Assembly (NCBI GenBank): GCA_051294375.1 | Contig: CM119271.1 | Span: 6,573,632-6,637,631 of the forward strand | Direction of reading: 5' to 3' | Length of the DNA stretch: 64,000 nucleotides | Source: Paraspadella gotoi | Taxonomy: Eukaryota; Animalia; Chaetognatha | In this document: piece by piece, positions 51,801 to 63,905 of the stretch | Layout: each line of letters begins with the position of its first letter | How positions within the stretch are numbered: position 1 is the first letter of the stretch | Notes under the pieces: generated by a model | The model's database searches: none | What the model was told of the DNA's origin: nothing | The model's input: the letters and a program-made list of their open reading frames with translations, nothing else | Position numbers and translations under genes: made by a program

Positions 51801-52310
51801 TAAATGTAATACACAATTATACATTCACCCATACATTCCTTCATTTACCGATCGACATTGATTCTTCGCAATCGTACATCTTTCTCTTCTCCGAATAAAG
51901 TTGGCAGTTAAGAAGATGGACGGCCATTTTGTTCAATTCTTCCTCCGCCATGTCTGAGCAAGATTTCTTGAGATGATTTATAACCCGATAATTGCACTGA
52001 GATGAAAAGACAAAAGAAATAAAGAGAAATGATTGGCACAGAATTCTTGAACTACAAGTTTTTTTTCGCCTGTCACGACCTTATCCAGAGGGGAAAGCTG
52101 TAGAAAGGGTTGAGCCTCGAGGAGAAACTTATCGTCGGAAGTCTTTAATTCAAATCGGCCCGCTTCGCCGCCGGGTCCAATAGCGACGGCGGTTTTGGCA
52201 TCGGAGGCGGCAGAGCCCTGCCTTCCAAACAGCCACGCGTCACTTCCGGTAAAGAGAGACGCGAGCACCGCCAGACAAGTCAGTGTCGCCCGCCATGTTT
52301 GGCCAGACAT
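48867..52310 (-). CDS. bmb: Brambleberry / GEX1 / Kar5-family nuclear membrane fusion protein (multi-exon)
   Basis: Signal peptide; Cys-rich domain CNYRVINHLKKSCSDMAEEELNKMAVHLLNCQ...CTSDMDPTTWNAY...RARAVCY; coiled coils; TM segments near 50680-50460; C-terminal C-X8-C-X9-C-X2-H motif. Confidence 0.85.
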
Positions 52311-52646
52311 TGTTTAAATTGCTTAAATAAAGGAGCCACTCTGTAGTCGATAACAAGAAACAGGAAATAAAAGAAAAAGTCCACAAAAAAGTGATGGAGA
52401 CAATATCATGGACAATCTCAAAGACTCTAAACTTACCGATGCATATTATTATTAAACATTGTCTATTTGATTCATGTCTATTTATATTATTGTTTTCCCT
52501 TTCAGCCCTGTGAGCATCGTGTATTTATTATCATAGAAAGTACGTGTTTGAGTGTGAGTCCTAATCTAGTTGGCGTCCCCGTTCTCTTGTGTATTCATAT
52601 TCACAGATCCTATACTATACTATACTATACCCTCTAACAAAAGAGA

Positions 52647-53615
52647 TCACATGGCGACGGCAGGCAAGCGAAACTGAAAGGCAAAATCCTGGTCTGCGAT
52701 TCTGAGGTGCAACGCTTCGTTGTCTCGAAAACTCGCCAAGACACTGTCGGTAGGAATTTGTAGCGCCGTGAGAAAAGAGGCCAACTTGCGTACGTCGACT
52801 CGGACGGCAAAAGCGTTCTCGTCATTCGGGTTTCCGTGCGAGTTGGTGGATAGAGTGGAGTCGGCGTCGGAGGAGGAAGCCCGTTGGAGGTCGTTGAATG
52901 TCGTCGTCACTGAAACAAACTCGTTGTCGACGTTAAGCTTGATCGATGCGGTATGAGACGCAGCTCCCGGGTTCTTTTCCGCCACAAGAATGACGTGATG
53001 GCTGAGGTTCTTCATCTTGTCCACAACGTTTTTCAGAGTCTTGAGTGGAGGGAGCCAGACGTCGATGTCGTAATCTCCGACGCGACAGTCGGCGTCAACG
53101 ATCCAATTACGGCGAGCAACCACGTGGACAGGGATCTCTTGGGTGAGAACCCGGGTCCGGTTGGCGGCGCCGGCTGAAGGCAACTCCACTTCAATAGTGA
53201 GGCAAGGACCTTGCGGCTGTTTTTTTGTCAATTTCATTTTAAGCGATTTGGCATTGGAGCTGGAAAGGGAGCGGGACGAGGTGCTGTAGTGATTAGAAGG
53301 GGCAGTAGAACCGGCGAGGGCCGTCTTAAAGGCCTGATCGAGAGTTGAGGGAACGATCACTAGTTGAATCTCGTTGTCAACAGAGCTGAGGCCCTCAAAG
53401 TTATACTCGTCGAAGGCAGAGTTGGCGGAGAGGCGAGACCAGACGGTGACGCCCCCATTGACGGCAGATTCGCTCTTAATGAAAAAGACGGCAGAAGGGG
53501 TTAGTCGCAGGACGAACACGTCTGCAGACGACTTGACCAGTTTAGATAAAGTCCATAGGAGACGATGGAATTGGTTTATGGCTGAAAGGTCGTGCATCAT
53601 TCCGCGAAAACGCAT
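52647..53615 (-). CDS. HUS1: Checkpoint clamp (9-1-1) subunit HUS1
   Basis: MRFRGMM, FDEYNFEG, AKSLKMKLTKK..PCLTIEVEL, LPPLKTLKNVVDKMKNLS, VSVTTTFNDL. Intronless. Confidence 0.92.
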   Translation of the reverse strand: MRFRGMMHDLSAINQFHRLLWTLSKLVKSSADVFVLRLTPSAVFFIKSESAVNGGVTVWSRLSANSAFDEYNFEGLSSVDNEIQLVIVPSTLDQAFKTALAGSTAPSNHYSTSSRSLSSSNAKSLKMKLTKKQPQGPCLTIEVELPSAGAANRTRVLTQEIPVHVVARRNWIVDADCRVGDYDIDVWLPPLKTLKNVVDKMKNLSHHVILVAEKNPGAASHTASIKLNVDNEFVSVTTTFNDLQRASSSDADSTLSTNSHGNPNDENAFAVRVDVRKLASFLTALQIPTDSVLASFRDNEALHLRIADQDFAFQFRLPAVAM

Positions 53616-53829
53616 GTTGTATGTATATAACTGTTTGAAAATGGGAAAAAACGAAAACAATCTGTTTATGCTTTTAATTATAGTCAACATTGGCTACTAA
53701 ATTGATCCAAAAAGGTCATAAATCAAAACGATTGAAGACTAGAGATGTACAACTGGAAGGAGTGTGTTAGGGGGCAAATTAAAATTAATCAAAAATTGTA
53801 TGGCATCCAAATTGACGTTTACTTATTGA

Positions 53830-55905
53830 TCAATCACCACCACAAGTCAACTTATGTTTTTTGAGAGCATAATTAAAAAAAAATCTTTTTCCGCAGGCAC
53901 AATTAAATTTAGGTGCATCGTGAAAAGCCTGGTGTTGAACTAAGTTATTCGAACATTTAAACGATTTTCCACATCCTTCAAATGTACATAAATATGGGCG
54001 AAAGTTGGAGTGAACTTTAGAATGGTTGTTCAGAGAGGTTAACCTCGGGAAATTTCTTTTGCATATTTTACAAGTGTAAACCTCATGATTCGCATTTTTC
54101 TCTATATGCCTTCTCATTCGATGAGACCGCAAATTTGATCTCGCCGCACCTTCCGTAGCTCCATATATCTGTTTTCCGCAAATGTCACAAATTATCTGTA
54201 TATTTCTAATTTTTTTTTCTTTACAAACATGCTTTTCCAAATTTTCTTTCTCACTGAAATACCGGTGGCACTTGTGACAACGAAATTTTAATTTATGAGT
54301 ATGTTGGAACAAATGGTTCGAAAGCCCACGTTCGCTAAAAAAAGTACGGATGCATTTGCGGCACTGTAACAAAGGCCGATGAAAGTGAATGTTGGAAATG
54401 TGGATGGTCATATTATCGATGGAAGTTTCGTCGCAGAAGGGACAGAGGTGAGCAAACTCGGGCCCATGATCTTCTAACATATGGTTCCGAGAAAAAACTC
54501 CTAAAGGCTTGTAACATCGAATGCATTCTAAGAATCTTTTATGGGAACTCTTGGGTTTTTTCAATCCAAGGTTAAAACTGGTCGTGTTGTAAACTTCTAG
54601 CTGATCAATAGCCTCTCGAATTTCATCGTCGGTACATTTTCGTTTCACTTTTCTCCCACGAGACGTAACGACAACGTTAGAAGGCGCATCATCTGATGTG
54701 GTCAAGTTTGTTTTCTTAATCTTAGGGGTTGTTGAAGTCGATTTTTCTGATTTGACCGAAATATCATTCTCGACTGTGGGATGCAAATATTCGGATTTAA
54801 TAAAATCCTTCTCGAGCTTAGGACTTGTGAAAGAAAAATCGCCAGCGTCGATATCAAAATCAATTTCCTGCTTGACTTGGACGTGAGACAAGTCTTCAGC
54901 AATAGGATCGTGAATGTTTGCTCGGCTCCATGCTTCTATATCCATCTCAAATTGACTAAATTTCCTGCTTTCAATTGGATCCGAGGAAGTTTCTATTATT
55001 TCTGACTGATTCTTGTCGCCTTCCTCATTTTGATTCATGAAGGCTTCTTCCCTTTGTGACTGACTATCGTCTCTTCTCTCATTTTGATTCAAGTTGGTTT
55101 CTTCCATTTGTAATTGACTATCTTTTCCGCTCCCATTTTGATCTGAGTTGGATTCGACGTTATCAATCGATGGACTGTCGTACCACTCTTCGTCGAGAAA
55201 AGACAAGTCTCGCGGTTTATTCTCCGCACGAGCCGCCGTTTTTTTCTTTTTCTTTCGCCTCTTTGCTGCCGCTTTTTCCGCGTCACTTTCGTCCGAGTCA
55301 AACATGGACGGGTGCTCTTTAATATAGGCTTTCATATTTAGACGCAGAGATCTTTCCCTGAAAAATAAATCTTTCCAACAATCGATGAGCGAATAAGATT
55401 TGAGCAAATGCTTTTTGACGCGGGCGTAAATTTGTTCCCCAATGATTTCAGGTAGTCTTTCCTTTTCTCTTTCGAATTGACGAACTTTATAATTAACCTC
55501 AAGGTACTTATTAAGTTGTTTGGGTTTTGGCTGTTTCTTATGTATGACTCTGAAATAAAACAAACGTCTGTGGTTTCTCTTTAGCCGAAGATTTTTTTCA
55601 TCTATTTTGTCCTCTAATTTTTTCAGCTGTTTAAAACAAGCCTTTAATTGGAAGTTTTTCTTCTTTAAATCCTTTGACAGCGTCTTTATTTTCTGTTTCC
55701 ACTGTTCACGCCATTTATGGTATTTATCTCGAGAGGATATCTTTTCAGTCTGATCGTTGGCAATTGCACTAGTTAGGTCTTCAGCATTCGACGGTTCACT
55801 CGAAATGGGAAAAACAGACGTTCGGTTTTCACTGCTTGTTCCTTGTAATTTTAGATTTCTAATTTCTGGAGAATTCCAATTTCGAAGACTGCTTTTACGA
55901 ACCAT
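53830..55905 (-). CDS. C2H2 zinc-finger protein with N-terminal coiled coil
   Basis: About 8 C-X2-4-C...H-X3-5-H fingers at the C-terminus (e.g. CKICKRNFPRLTSLNNHSKVH, RPYLCTFEGCGKSF). First in-frame ATG is 55905; the 5' end is uncertain. Confidence 0.8.
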   Translation of the reverse strand: MVRKSSLRNWNSPEIRNLKLQGTSSENRTSVFPISSEPSNAEDLTSAIANDQTEKISSRDKYHKWREQWKQKIKTLSKDLKKKNFQLKACFKQLKKLEDKIDEKNLRLKRNHRRLFYFRVIHKKQPKPKQLNKYLEVNYKVRQFEREKERLPEIIGEQIYARVKKHLLKSYSLIDCWKDLFFRERSLRLNMKAYIKEHPSMFDSDESDAEKAAAKRRKKKKKTAARAENKPRDLSFLDEEWYDSPSIDNVESNSDQNGSGKDSQLQMEETNLNQNERRDDSQSQREEAFMNQNEEGDKNQSEIIETSSDPIESRKFSQFEMDIEAWSRANIHDPIAEDLSHVQVKQEIDFDIDAGDFSFTSPKLEKDFIKSEYLHPTVENDISVKSEKSTSTTPKIKKTNLTTSDDAPSNVVVTSRGRKVKRKCTDDEIREAIDQLEVYNTTSFNLGLKKPKSSHKRFLECIRCYKPLGVFSRNHMLEDHGPEFAHLCPFCDETSIDNMTIHISNIHFHRPLLQCRKCIRTFFSERGLSNHLFQHTHKLKFRCHKCHRYFSEKENLEKHVCKEKKIRNIQIICDICGKQIYGATEGAARSNLRSHRMRRHIEKNANHEVYTCKICKRNFPRLTSLNNHSKVHSNFRPYLCTFEGCGKSFKCSNNLVQHQAFHDAPKFNCACGKRFFFNYALKKHKLTCGGD

Positions 55906-56545
55906 TGTACCCACAAACAATTTAAATTTTAGTTTGGAGAAGCAAGACGTAGTACAATTAATAAATCAACGGATTGCTCAGCGTCATTGGTGAAGACCAG
56001 CGTTATTTCAAATGGCGCTGAATCTGAATAACAGAGAAAAATTAAAACTTTTGATCTCCAATAATATTTTTAGTATGGCGGGATATACCGAATCTGAACT
56101 AATAAATATAAAGTTAAAATACTAATCTACATTTGGCATTAAAGATTAAAATCGAAAAAACTAAGCTATTTAAAACACGTTAAATGGATAAAATTGGACG
56201 TATACAACTGGAATAGAATCCACTAAAAATAAAAAGACCTAGGATAGATAACATAAAATTTAATAAAAAAAATGCATGTACGTATGAGTTACCAGAAGAT
56301 TTGTCCGCCTGCGGACATGTACGCTGTCCGGCGTACAGAATAAAGACGAAAATCATTTTGATTTAAATAGTTGTCAAAAACTAGTAGAATTCATAAATCT
56401 TGTAATGCTTTTAAAAAGCGGTTGGCACGAGGAAATCTCGTAAAATAAAGAGAAACAAAAACATCATATAAATTTGTGTTTTGTGGGTTTCCGAATTTGA
56501 GATCTGTTGTTTCCTCCCTCCAAAGTATTTGTTAAAAAATAAAAT

Positions 56546-58279
56546 CTATCGAGGAATGCTTCCACCATTATAAGCCTCGCTCTCTCTGGCCAAACAGGCG
56601 TTGATGTGATGCCTCGTGATACGGGTCACGTCTTGCAGGCGTTCCGGGGACGGGGCATCTTCTGCCCTTGTACTCTCCCCTCCCGCGAACTGGTGGGGAG
56701 CATAAAGACCGAGTTTCACACCATAATCCGATTGTTGCTTTGACTTAATTTTTCCTTTTGCCCGATCGGGAAAAGGATTGCGGTAGGGGGTTTCCGATTC
56801 CGGTCGTTCGATAATAGGCGACGTCGAGGAAACGTGATCCGCCGAAAGATGACGAAATTCTTTGATCGATTGACGACGAGAAACGGAGGGAGATTGCGGA
56901 GAACGAGATTTTTGCTTGGTCCCATCTCGCGTGGAAGAAGAAGAACTCGTCAAGGACTTGGTCGGTGAGACTTGGAAGCTGGAAGCTTCCTTGGCGCCGA
57001 TATGCAGCACCCGTCGATTGGTAGCGGCTTCGGCGGAATTGTTCTTCCCTTCGTCGGAATTCTTCCGTGGAACTTTGAGATGATTTATGACGGGCTGAGG
57101 CCCAGCGATACTGGGGACGGAAGGCAGGACCAAGCCCGTTACGCGTTTGTAAGACTTGTGTAGCTTTTGAGGGGTGAGTTGAAGATACTGGGAAGCCTGG
57201 GCGTGCCGTTCTTTGAGTCGCCTCTGCCATTTTTCCAGCTCAGACGTTTGCGAGCCGATGGCCTTAAAATGCTTGAGTCTGAGTTCGCAGAGTTGCGGCA
57301 GCGGAAACGGCGCAAGTTGGTAGACGATGGTCATAAGCCGATCCACCTCCACAATTCCTGAGCTCTCGTCCACGGTCCTTGTCAAAATCTCTCCCATCCG
57401 AGTGTAAAAATCGTCGGCGGTTTTGATTCTCACCAGCACCTCCTCTTGCAGCAAGCCCCACAGGGCGAGTGAGGTTCGGATGAGGATCTCCGAGCCCTCC
57501 AGGAGGACGGCGTCCCAAACGCGTAGCACCGCCTCGGCCGGAAGCTGCGTAGCGAAGAGGGTGAGAAACCACTGCATGGTATAAACATCGGTCAAGGGCG
57601 GCCGTTCGTCGTCATCATGCTCGCTCTCCTCGCGCTTCAGGCGATCGAGATGCGCGTGCAGGCGCGGGAGGTGAGTGGCGAGTAGTTCTTGAAACACGGC
57701 CATGTCGACGGCCAAATCGCGCAGGTTGTCCGTAAAGTAAGACTTTGGGAGGACGCCGTCAATGAGATAGATCATGACCTTGAGAGCGGTCTCTTCTTCG
57801 CGGTCCATAACGTCGAGGATGACCGCGGCGATTACGTTGAAACCTTGACAATATCCCACACCCTTGTTCCATCGCGCGTACGCCAGAAGGACCCGCTTCA
57901 GCAAAGCGCGTTCCTGGTCGTTGTCCAGCCCGGAGAAGGAACTGCAGCCGGTCCGGTGGAGATCCTTTACGATCTGATAATCGAGCTCGTCGTCGTCGTC
58001 TGGATCAATCATTTCGTTGAAGGCGGCCTTGGAGGTTGACTCCCAGTCCACATTCTTGAGACTGTTAATGTGTCGCTCGGCGAGAGTCAGCCACACTTTA
58101 CGGCGGGAATCTTTCGGAAGGCCGTCGGGGAGTCGTGCAACAGCCTTCATGGCGTCGTGCCATTGTTCGAAACCGTCCTCAAACTTTCCAATGCCCAAAT
58201 AGCCATGGTATTTCGAGGCTCCTTCAGCCGGCTGAAGGCTCGAAGCAAACATCCCGTTCAATTGGGAAAAAATATTCAT
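56546..58279 (-). CDS. TBC1D30: TBC1 domain family member 30 (Rab GAP)
   Basis: FEQWHDAMKAVARLP.G, IVKDLHRTGC (R finger), YCQGFN (Q finger), LAVDMAVF, PPLTDVYTMQWFLTLF. Confidence 0.9.
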   Translation of the reverse strand: MNIFSQLNGMFASSLQPAEGASKYHGYLGIGKFEDGFEQWHDAMKAVARLPDGLPKDSRRKVWLTLAERHINSLKNVDWESTSKAAFNEMIDPDDDDELDYQIVKDLHRTGCSSFSGLDNDQERALLKRVLLAYARWNKGVGYCQGFNVIAAVILDVMDREEETALKVMIYLIDGVLPKSYFTDNLRDLAVDMAVFQELLATHLPRLHAHLDRLKREESEHDDDERPPLTDVYTMQWFLTLFATQLPAEAVLRVWDAVLLEGSEILIRTSLALWGLLQEEVLVRIKTADDFYTRMGEILTRTVDESSGIVEVDRLMTIVYQLAPFPLPQLCELRLKHFKAIGSQTSELEKWQRRLKERHAQASQYLQLTPQKLHKSYKRVTGLVLPSVPSIAGPQPVINHLKVPRKNSDEGKNNSAEAATNRRVLHIGAKEASSFQVSPTKSLTSSSSSTRDGTKQKSRSPQSPSVSRRQSIKEFRHLSADHVSSTSPIIERPESETPYRNPFPDRAKGKIKSKQQSDYGVKLGLYAPHQFAGGESTRAEDAPSPERLQDVTRITRHHINACLARESEAYNGGSIPR

Positions 58280-58516
58280 GATTGTGATTCTTCTTTAAAA
58301 AAAGTATTTCAATTTGAACATGACATCATGACGATGCTTGGCATCAACTTTTGTATCAGAAGTGTAAATCTATCAAAACAACAAAATACGGTGTAAAACA
58401 AATTTAGATAACATTAACAATTAGTGAATTACTAGATTCCGATTAAACTCCACGCAAACAACTAAAACATGAAAAAAAAACATTCAAAAAATAACAAATA
58501 ACTTATTGTCTGTTTT

Positions 58517-60418
58517 TCATGTATGCTTATTTTTTGAATTTTTTTTCAGTTCCTTCAACCTCATCTGTTCCTTCAAATATTCGAGCGCAAGTTCGTAGCG
58601 TTCAAAGTACGGTTCCAACTCCTCCTCGTCGGCTCGCACCCTGTGCATGGCCTTTTCGTCTTTTCCCGCCTCCTCCATCATTCCAGCAAAGTGCGCCTTT
58701 TGATTCTCTTCCAACAACGTGATGGCGCTGCCGGCGCGCCCAGCTCGAGCCGTTCGTCCCACGCGATGAACGTACGTCTTGACAAAGGCAGGACAGTCGT
58801 AGGAAATGACCCATTTAACGCCGGGTAAGTCCATGCCGCGGGCCATGGCGTCGGTGCAAACTACCACGTCCAACTTTTCCGCGTCGAACTGTCGGATGAT
58901 TCGCTCGCGTTTTAGTGGGGAGAGGGCGGAGGAAAACTCACGAACGGAGAAACCCCCGAAACCCTTGGAGAGGTGGAGCAATTTTCGGGCGTTCTCTTTG
59001 GTCTTGGTGAAGAGCAGAACCCGTTTGAATTTGAGTCGCGTCATGAAGTAGAGGAAAATGAGGGGCTTTAGAGATGGATTCTTAACGAAGCAAGTGTATT
59101 CGGCCAAGCCTTTGGGCGTCGTGTATTTGCCGAGAAATTGACCCTCACGCGGCGCAGATATCTCGCTTTCGGTGGCACCAGATTTTTTCGGCTGGACCGA
59201 CGTAAAAAGTTTCGGTTGAAATAAACGTAAAGCTTCAAGTTTTTCAGGATTTTGACTCAAAGTGGCCGAAAATAGAAGCTTCTGCAATGGATACACGGGC
59301 TTCATGGGCTTGTTGAGCCCGCCGAGACACAGAGCATCCTCGTGACTCACAATTTCTCGGTCGCGTTTGGCCGATTCTTCCACCGCCTCCAACCAATCCT
59401 GCTTTATGTCTTGCATCATTCGATCGGCCTCATCGATGACAAGGAATCGAAGTTTAGAGAGCGAGAATCCTGGAGTCGTTTGGAGATGATCAACGAGTCG
59501 ACCCGGCGTCGCCACCAAAATGTCCACTTTTGAGTAGGTGCCGGAACGAAGCTGCCATACGAGTGCTTTTCGCTCTTTTTCCATCGTCTGGTGACCGGAT
59601 ACCGCCAGTCCCACCTTGAGTCCCAGACAGGCCGCGTGGATTGAAAAAACTCTGAACACTTGCAGCGCCAAGTCCTTTACGGGAAGGACCACCAAGGCCC
59701 GCACGGCCGGTACGACGCGCTGACTGAGAGCCTGGAGGATGGGAACGACGTAGGCGAGTGTTTTGCCAGATCCGGTCGGCGCCGAGACACAGATGTCGTT
59801 CGGTCGAAGGAATCCGGGCTCGAGATAAAGGGTTCCGGGATGAAGACTACCGAGCAAAAATGGAACAACTTGGCGTTGCACCGGGAAGAAGTATCTTACG
59901 CCGTTTTCCTGTAGACTTTGTCGCAGACGTTCGTCGATGAGGGCCTCATCGCCGATTGGAGTTTTACCCTCGTCCAAATTGACCGCCACAACTGAAGGTT
60001 TGGATAACCACTCGGGAAGGACTCTTTCCACGACCGACCGTTGTATCCAATCGGACGGGGAAAGGACTGTGAATCCTCCCACTTCTCTGTTGTTGGAGAG
60101 AGATTCTACGGCTTCAGTCGAGGCAGACGGCTCAGTTACGGTCGATTCTTCAATTTCCCGTGTCCCTCCGAGCGAAGAAGGATACCCGGTGGCATCGTTG
60201 GATTCTTCCTGGATTATTTCCTCATTTTCTTCTCTTTTCTCCAGTTTCCGCTTTTTCGTTTTTTTCTTCTTCTTCTTTTTTTCTTCTTCCACTTCCCGCT
60301 CCGCTTTTCTTTTTAACGCCCTCGATTTCAACTGCGCAAGGACGTCGTCCGTGGGAGTTTCTGTCACCAAGTCCGACTCGTCTTCTCCCAGGTATCGGTT
60401 CACAGTAAACAGTGCCAT
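58517..60418 (-). CDS. DDX51: DEAD-box RNA helicase DDX51 (Dbp6)
   Basis: MALFTVNRY, LPEWL, FFPVQ Q-motif, APTGSGKT, TPGRLVDH, DEAD, FSATL, YVHRVGRTAR. Confidence 0.92.
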   Translation of the reverse strand: MALFTVNRYLGEDESDLVTETPTDDVLAQLKSRALKRKAEREVEEEKKKKKKKTKKRKLEKREENEEIIQEESNDATGYPSSLGGTREIEESTVTEPSASTEAVESLSNNREVGGFTVLSPSDWIQRSVVERVLPEWLSKPSVVAVNLDEGKTPIGDEALIDERLRQSLQENGVRYFFPVQRQVVPFLLGSLHPGTLYLEPGFLRPNDICVSAPTGSGKTLAYVVPILQALSQRVVPAVRALVVLPVKDLALQVFRVFSIHAACLGLKVGLAVSGHQTMEKERKALVWQLRSGTYSKVDILVATPGRLVDHLQTTPGFSLSKLRFLVIDEADRMMQDIKQDWLEAVEESAKRDREIVSHEDALCLGGLNKPMKPVYPLQKLLFSATLSQNPEKLEALRLFQPKLFTSVQPKKSGATESEISAPREGQFLGKYTTPKGLAEYTCFVKNPSLKPLIFLYFMTRLKFKRVLLFTKTKENARKLLHLSKGFGGFSVREFSSALSPLKRERIIRQFDAEKLDVVVCTDAMARGMDLPGVKWVISYDCPAFVKTYVHRVGRTARAGRAGSAITLLEENQKAHFAGMMEEAGKDEKAMHRVRADEEELEPYFERYELALEYLKEQMRLKELKKNSKNKHT

Positions 60419-60700
60419 CTCCTTTTAAACAATTTAAAAAGTAATATAATCATTAATCATCGAGAGAGCGAGAAAAAAAGAAAAATTTACACTAAAGACA
60501 AGTGCGAGCTATATAAAAATTCCCGGTTAATCATATAATAATATATTAACAGAGAATGAGAGACGGTAAAAGATAAAAAATGGTATGAACCTGAACTATT
60601 TGGGAGCGCTTGTATCACAGTAAAAATTAACTAGAACATTACACCAAACCGTCGCCAAGTGATCTGGACAGACTAGAAAATGACTTGCCAATTCATAAAG

Positions 60701-63700
60701 TTAAGAATTGGTTACATCGTCTATAAGCGTTAAAAGTTGCTGTTTGGCCTTTTTATTGAGATGCGAGACGCAACCAACAAGACCGCTCATTTGTTTCTTT
60801 GAATAGATGCCCTTTTTTTCTAGGACCCACTGCTCCAGCGAAGGCTCGGGCAAGTAAAAAGCTTTGATGTAGCCTTCGACGTAATCTCGGTCTGGAATCG
60901 GACGCAGGTCAGTCAGCTGCTCTAACTTGCTCAAAAACTGCTGATAATCTAACTGCATAAGCGCTCGACCTTCGTTGCTACACTTTTTCGTGCAGGCATA
61001 ACCTTCGACGAAAGTGCGGCTGGCCAGACGAATCACGTGCTCCCACAGAACATCGGTGACCACGGCGGGGACGGGCATCGACTTGGCTACCTCGCCGACT
61101 TTTCGAGCCATGCGTCGGAGCTCTCGCAGCGCGTCGTCGATGTACTGGCTGTGTTGCGACATTATCTCGTCAATGTCGAAAGCCGCTACGGCGATCGAAT
61201 TGAGGACGGATTCGTAGTTTACGGCTTGAACGGCGACGACTCGGTATACGGGGCGACGTAGTTCAACCGCCTGCGCCACAGATTGTGCGTAAAACTGCTG
61301 CATCCCCTGACGCTGACCCGGAGCTAAAAGCTTCTCAAAATGCGGTCGAAGAATGAGAACTTGCTCCGAAAGATAAACCAAGGACTCAGATGCGGCGACT
61401 CTTTCGGCGAAACAAAACAAGGCCGCTTCGTCTTCGGTTGAACTCAAGATCGGCGACAAGTTTGGCGCCGCCACTTTAAGTGTTTCCCCTTTGTCGGAGG
61501 CACAGTTGGCATCGTTCGTCGGACCCTCACGCCGAAGGATGAGTTCTTCACGCACGCGCTTTAACGTCCCCCGCAATCGAGACGGCAGCATCTTGTCGCC
61601 AACGAGGGAGCCAGTGAGGGCGTTTGAATCAACGTTGGAGCCACCAAGCAGAGTGGATTGGCTGCGGCCGAAGAACAGAAAGGTAGAGTAGAAGAGAAAC
61701 TCGTAAAGCTGAGTGGCGCCCACGAAGACATCAAAGGCAATCGGTTCCAGGGCCTGCATCATCTGCAGGTACTTGCCGATGAGCCGAAGCACGTTGAGAG
61801 TGGCGTTGGTCACGAGCGGGAGAGAAGCGTCAGGCCTTATCGGCTTTTTGTGGCGGATGGAGTGGACAACGACGGCGTCTTCGTCCTCCTCGATGGCTTC
61901 CCGTTTAAGCTCCTCGGATTCGGAATCAGAGTCACCGGCGTCGCCGGAATCGTCGGCCCAAACGTCTTCGACAAACTCTTCCTCTTTGCACAGGGCGTCG
62001 AAGGGGCTGGAGTTTTCCACGTAGCAGGCAAATACGTCTCCGGGGACTGAGTTGGCGGTCGGTCGCGGGAATAAACGGTTCGAACCTTCAGTGTCGACCT
62101 TTGACTGATTTTGTTTGCGCAAAAAGCGAAACTCGTAGAGCTGCTCGAGGGTAAAGGTCGACTTAACCGGAAGAAGGACCCAACCCTCGTTCTCCAAAAA
62201 CATTCGCAGCTCATCCAGGCAAGCGCGATGATAATGCTTAAAATAATTGATGCTCTGCTTTTTCATTCCGTCCCTGAGCCCTTCACTTGACGAAGCCGGA
62301 CAGAACTGAGCTCCAACGGCGATGAGAGTGTTCCCGATTCGTAGAACCTGCATAAAGTCGTCAAACTTGTACGAAGAAAGGTCCGAGGCCAGGAGGTAAA
62401 CCTTGACCTTTTGCTGCACGTCTTGCCAAATGCGAGAGACGCCGTGCTCGAGTTTTTGGCGCACGTAGGTGCAGGACTCAGGCGAGACATCCGCCTCTGG
62501 ACGGCGCGAGCTCGAGATTGTCGGCGGCGGGGGCGGGGGTGTACCAAAGCAGGGATCCTCGTTAAGGGTGGCGTCTTTAAGGGCGTCCTGGTGATCGAGT
62601 ATACGAGTCTTGTACCATCCCATTACCGAGTCGTAATTTCTCAGGATGCCGAAAAGCTCTTTCGAAAGGTCGACAAGGCACGGTACAAAAGACTCGGCTG
62701 GGATAAAACGGCACAAGTCACTGTACTGCTTTTTGCGAAAGTCGATATTGGATCCCGAATATTGAGACGAACAATACGACGATGACTGCGACGTCGACGA
62801 CTGCGACCGGCTGGGACCAAAGGGATTGGAATAAGAATCATCCTCGCCCGTTGTCTCGAATGAACTCTGCGGATAGGCGAGTTCCACGTGTCCAAGTACG
62901 ATATTGAATGCCAGGTTGTGGATAGTGCTGGCGAAGTGCATGAGCAATTGATCCACGGATGTCTCTGTCTTGCCCAGCATGGCGTAGGATTTTTGAAGCT
63001 TAGCAAATTCATCGCAGTCGAAGTGTTGAGGTATTCGACCAAGGGCGACGTCGAGACCCTCCTCGATCAATTCCAGTGTATCCTGCAGTTTGGAGCCCAA
63101 TTCGGCGATGCACTGGTGCTGTCGATGACGAAGGCTGGCGGCGCGGCAGTCGAGGCAGAGTTCGATGGCTCGGGCGTAATCCTCGGCGTCCACCATGGCC
63201 CGGAGAGCGGCGTCAGTGGCGCGTAGGCGTCGAATAGTTTTCAGCGATTCCAACAGAAATCGGAAACGAGATCGGCGCCGGGTTCTGGCGTATAGGCGTA
63301 GTGATTCTCCCGTAAAATCGTCGCGTGCGGCCGCGAGGGATCTGTAAGGTAAAAAAAATTTTGGCCAGAATAGATTATTTTTACAAAATAAAAAAATTTA
63401 AATAAACGTTCGTTCGATAGTCCTCACAAGGCTCATAGTCATAGTCATAGTCATACCTCCTCGACGAGGCAGCAACGGAAACGGCGTTCTTAAGCCCTTC
63501 CTGCAACTCAACAACACGGGCCAGCTCGTCCTGGAAAGCTGTGCTGTTCTGCAGCACAGCGTCGGAAAGCATTCGGCAGACCACGTCGAGTTGTTTGCGA
63601 AGCAGCGCCCGCCGCTCGGCGACTGCGTCTAGTTCCAGTGTTCCCTCGGCGGTGGCCGCCGCCGTTTCTTCCAACCCTTCCAACTCATGTCGGCCGGGGT

Positions 63701-63905
63701 CGGCGCCACCCTCCTCGAAGTATAACTGTGGTAGCGCCGATAGGAGGTCGCGGTCGACTTCGGGATTGGGTAATGGCTGACGGGGCGCCTCGAACCCCGT
63801 AAAAAATACGCCCGAAGAGTCAGCGTCTCGAGGTTCTGGTTCATCCTCGACCGAAGGTTGGGTCAGGTTTTCCACCAGGTTTTTCAGTTTTCGAAGGGCG
63901 GCCAT
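60701..63905 (-). CDS. VPS50: Syndetin / EARP complex subunit VPS50 (CCDC132), 2 exons (63905-63457, 63341-60701)
   Basis: ELGSKLQDTLE, RIWQDVQQKVK, ELRMFLENEGW, AERVAASESL, KKCSNEGRALMQLD, YVEGYIKAFYL. Confidence 0.92.

Noticed and set aside
53616-60700. Recurrent (T/C)TAGT word on the sense strand of spacers as an intercistronic element
   Set aside because: It is a short AT-rich word expected by chance once or twice per spacer, so I cannot claim enrichment without a motif test.
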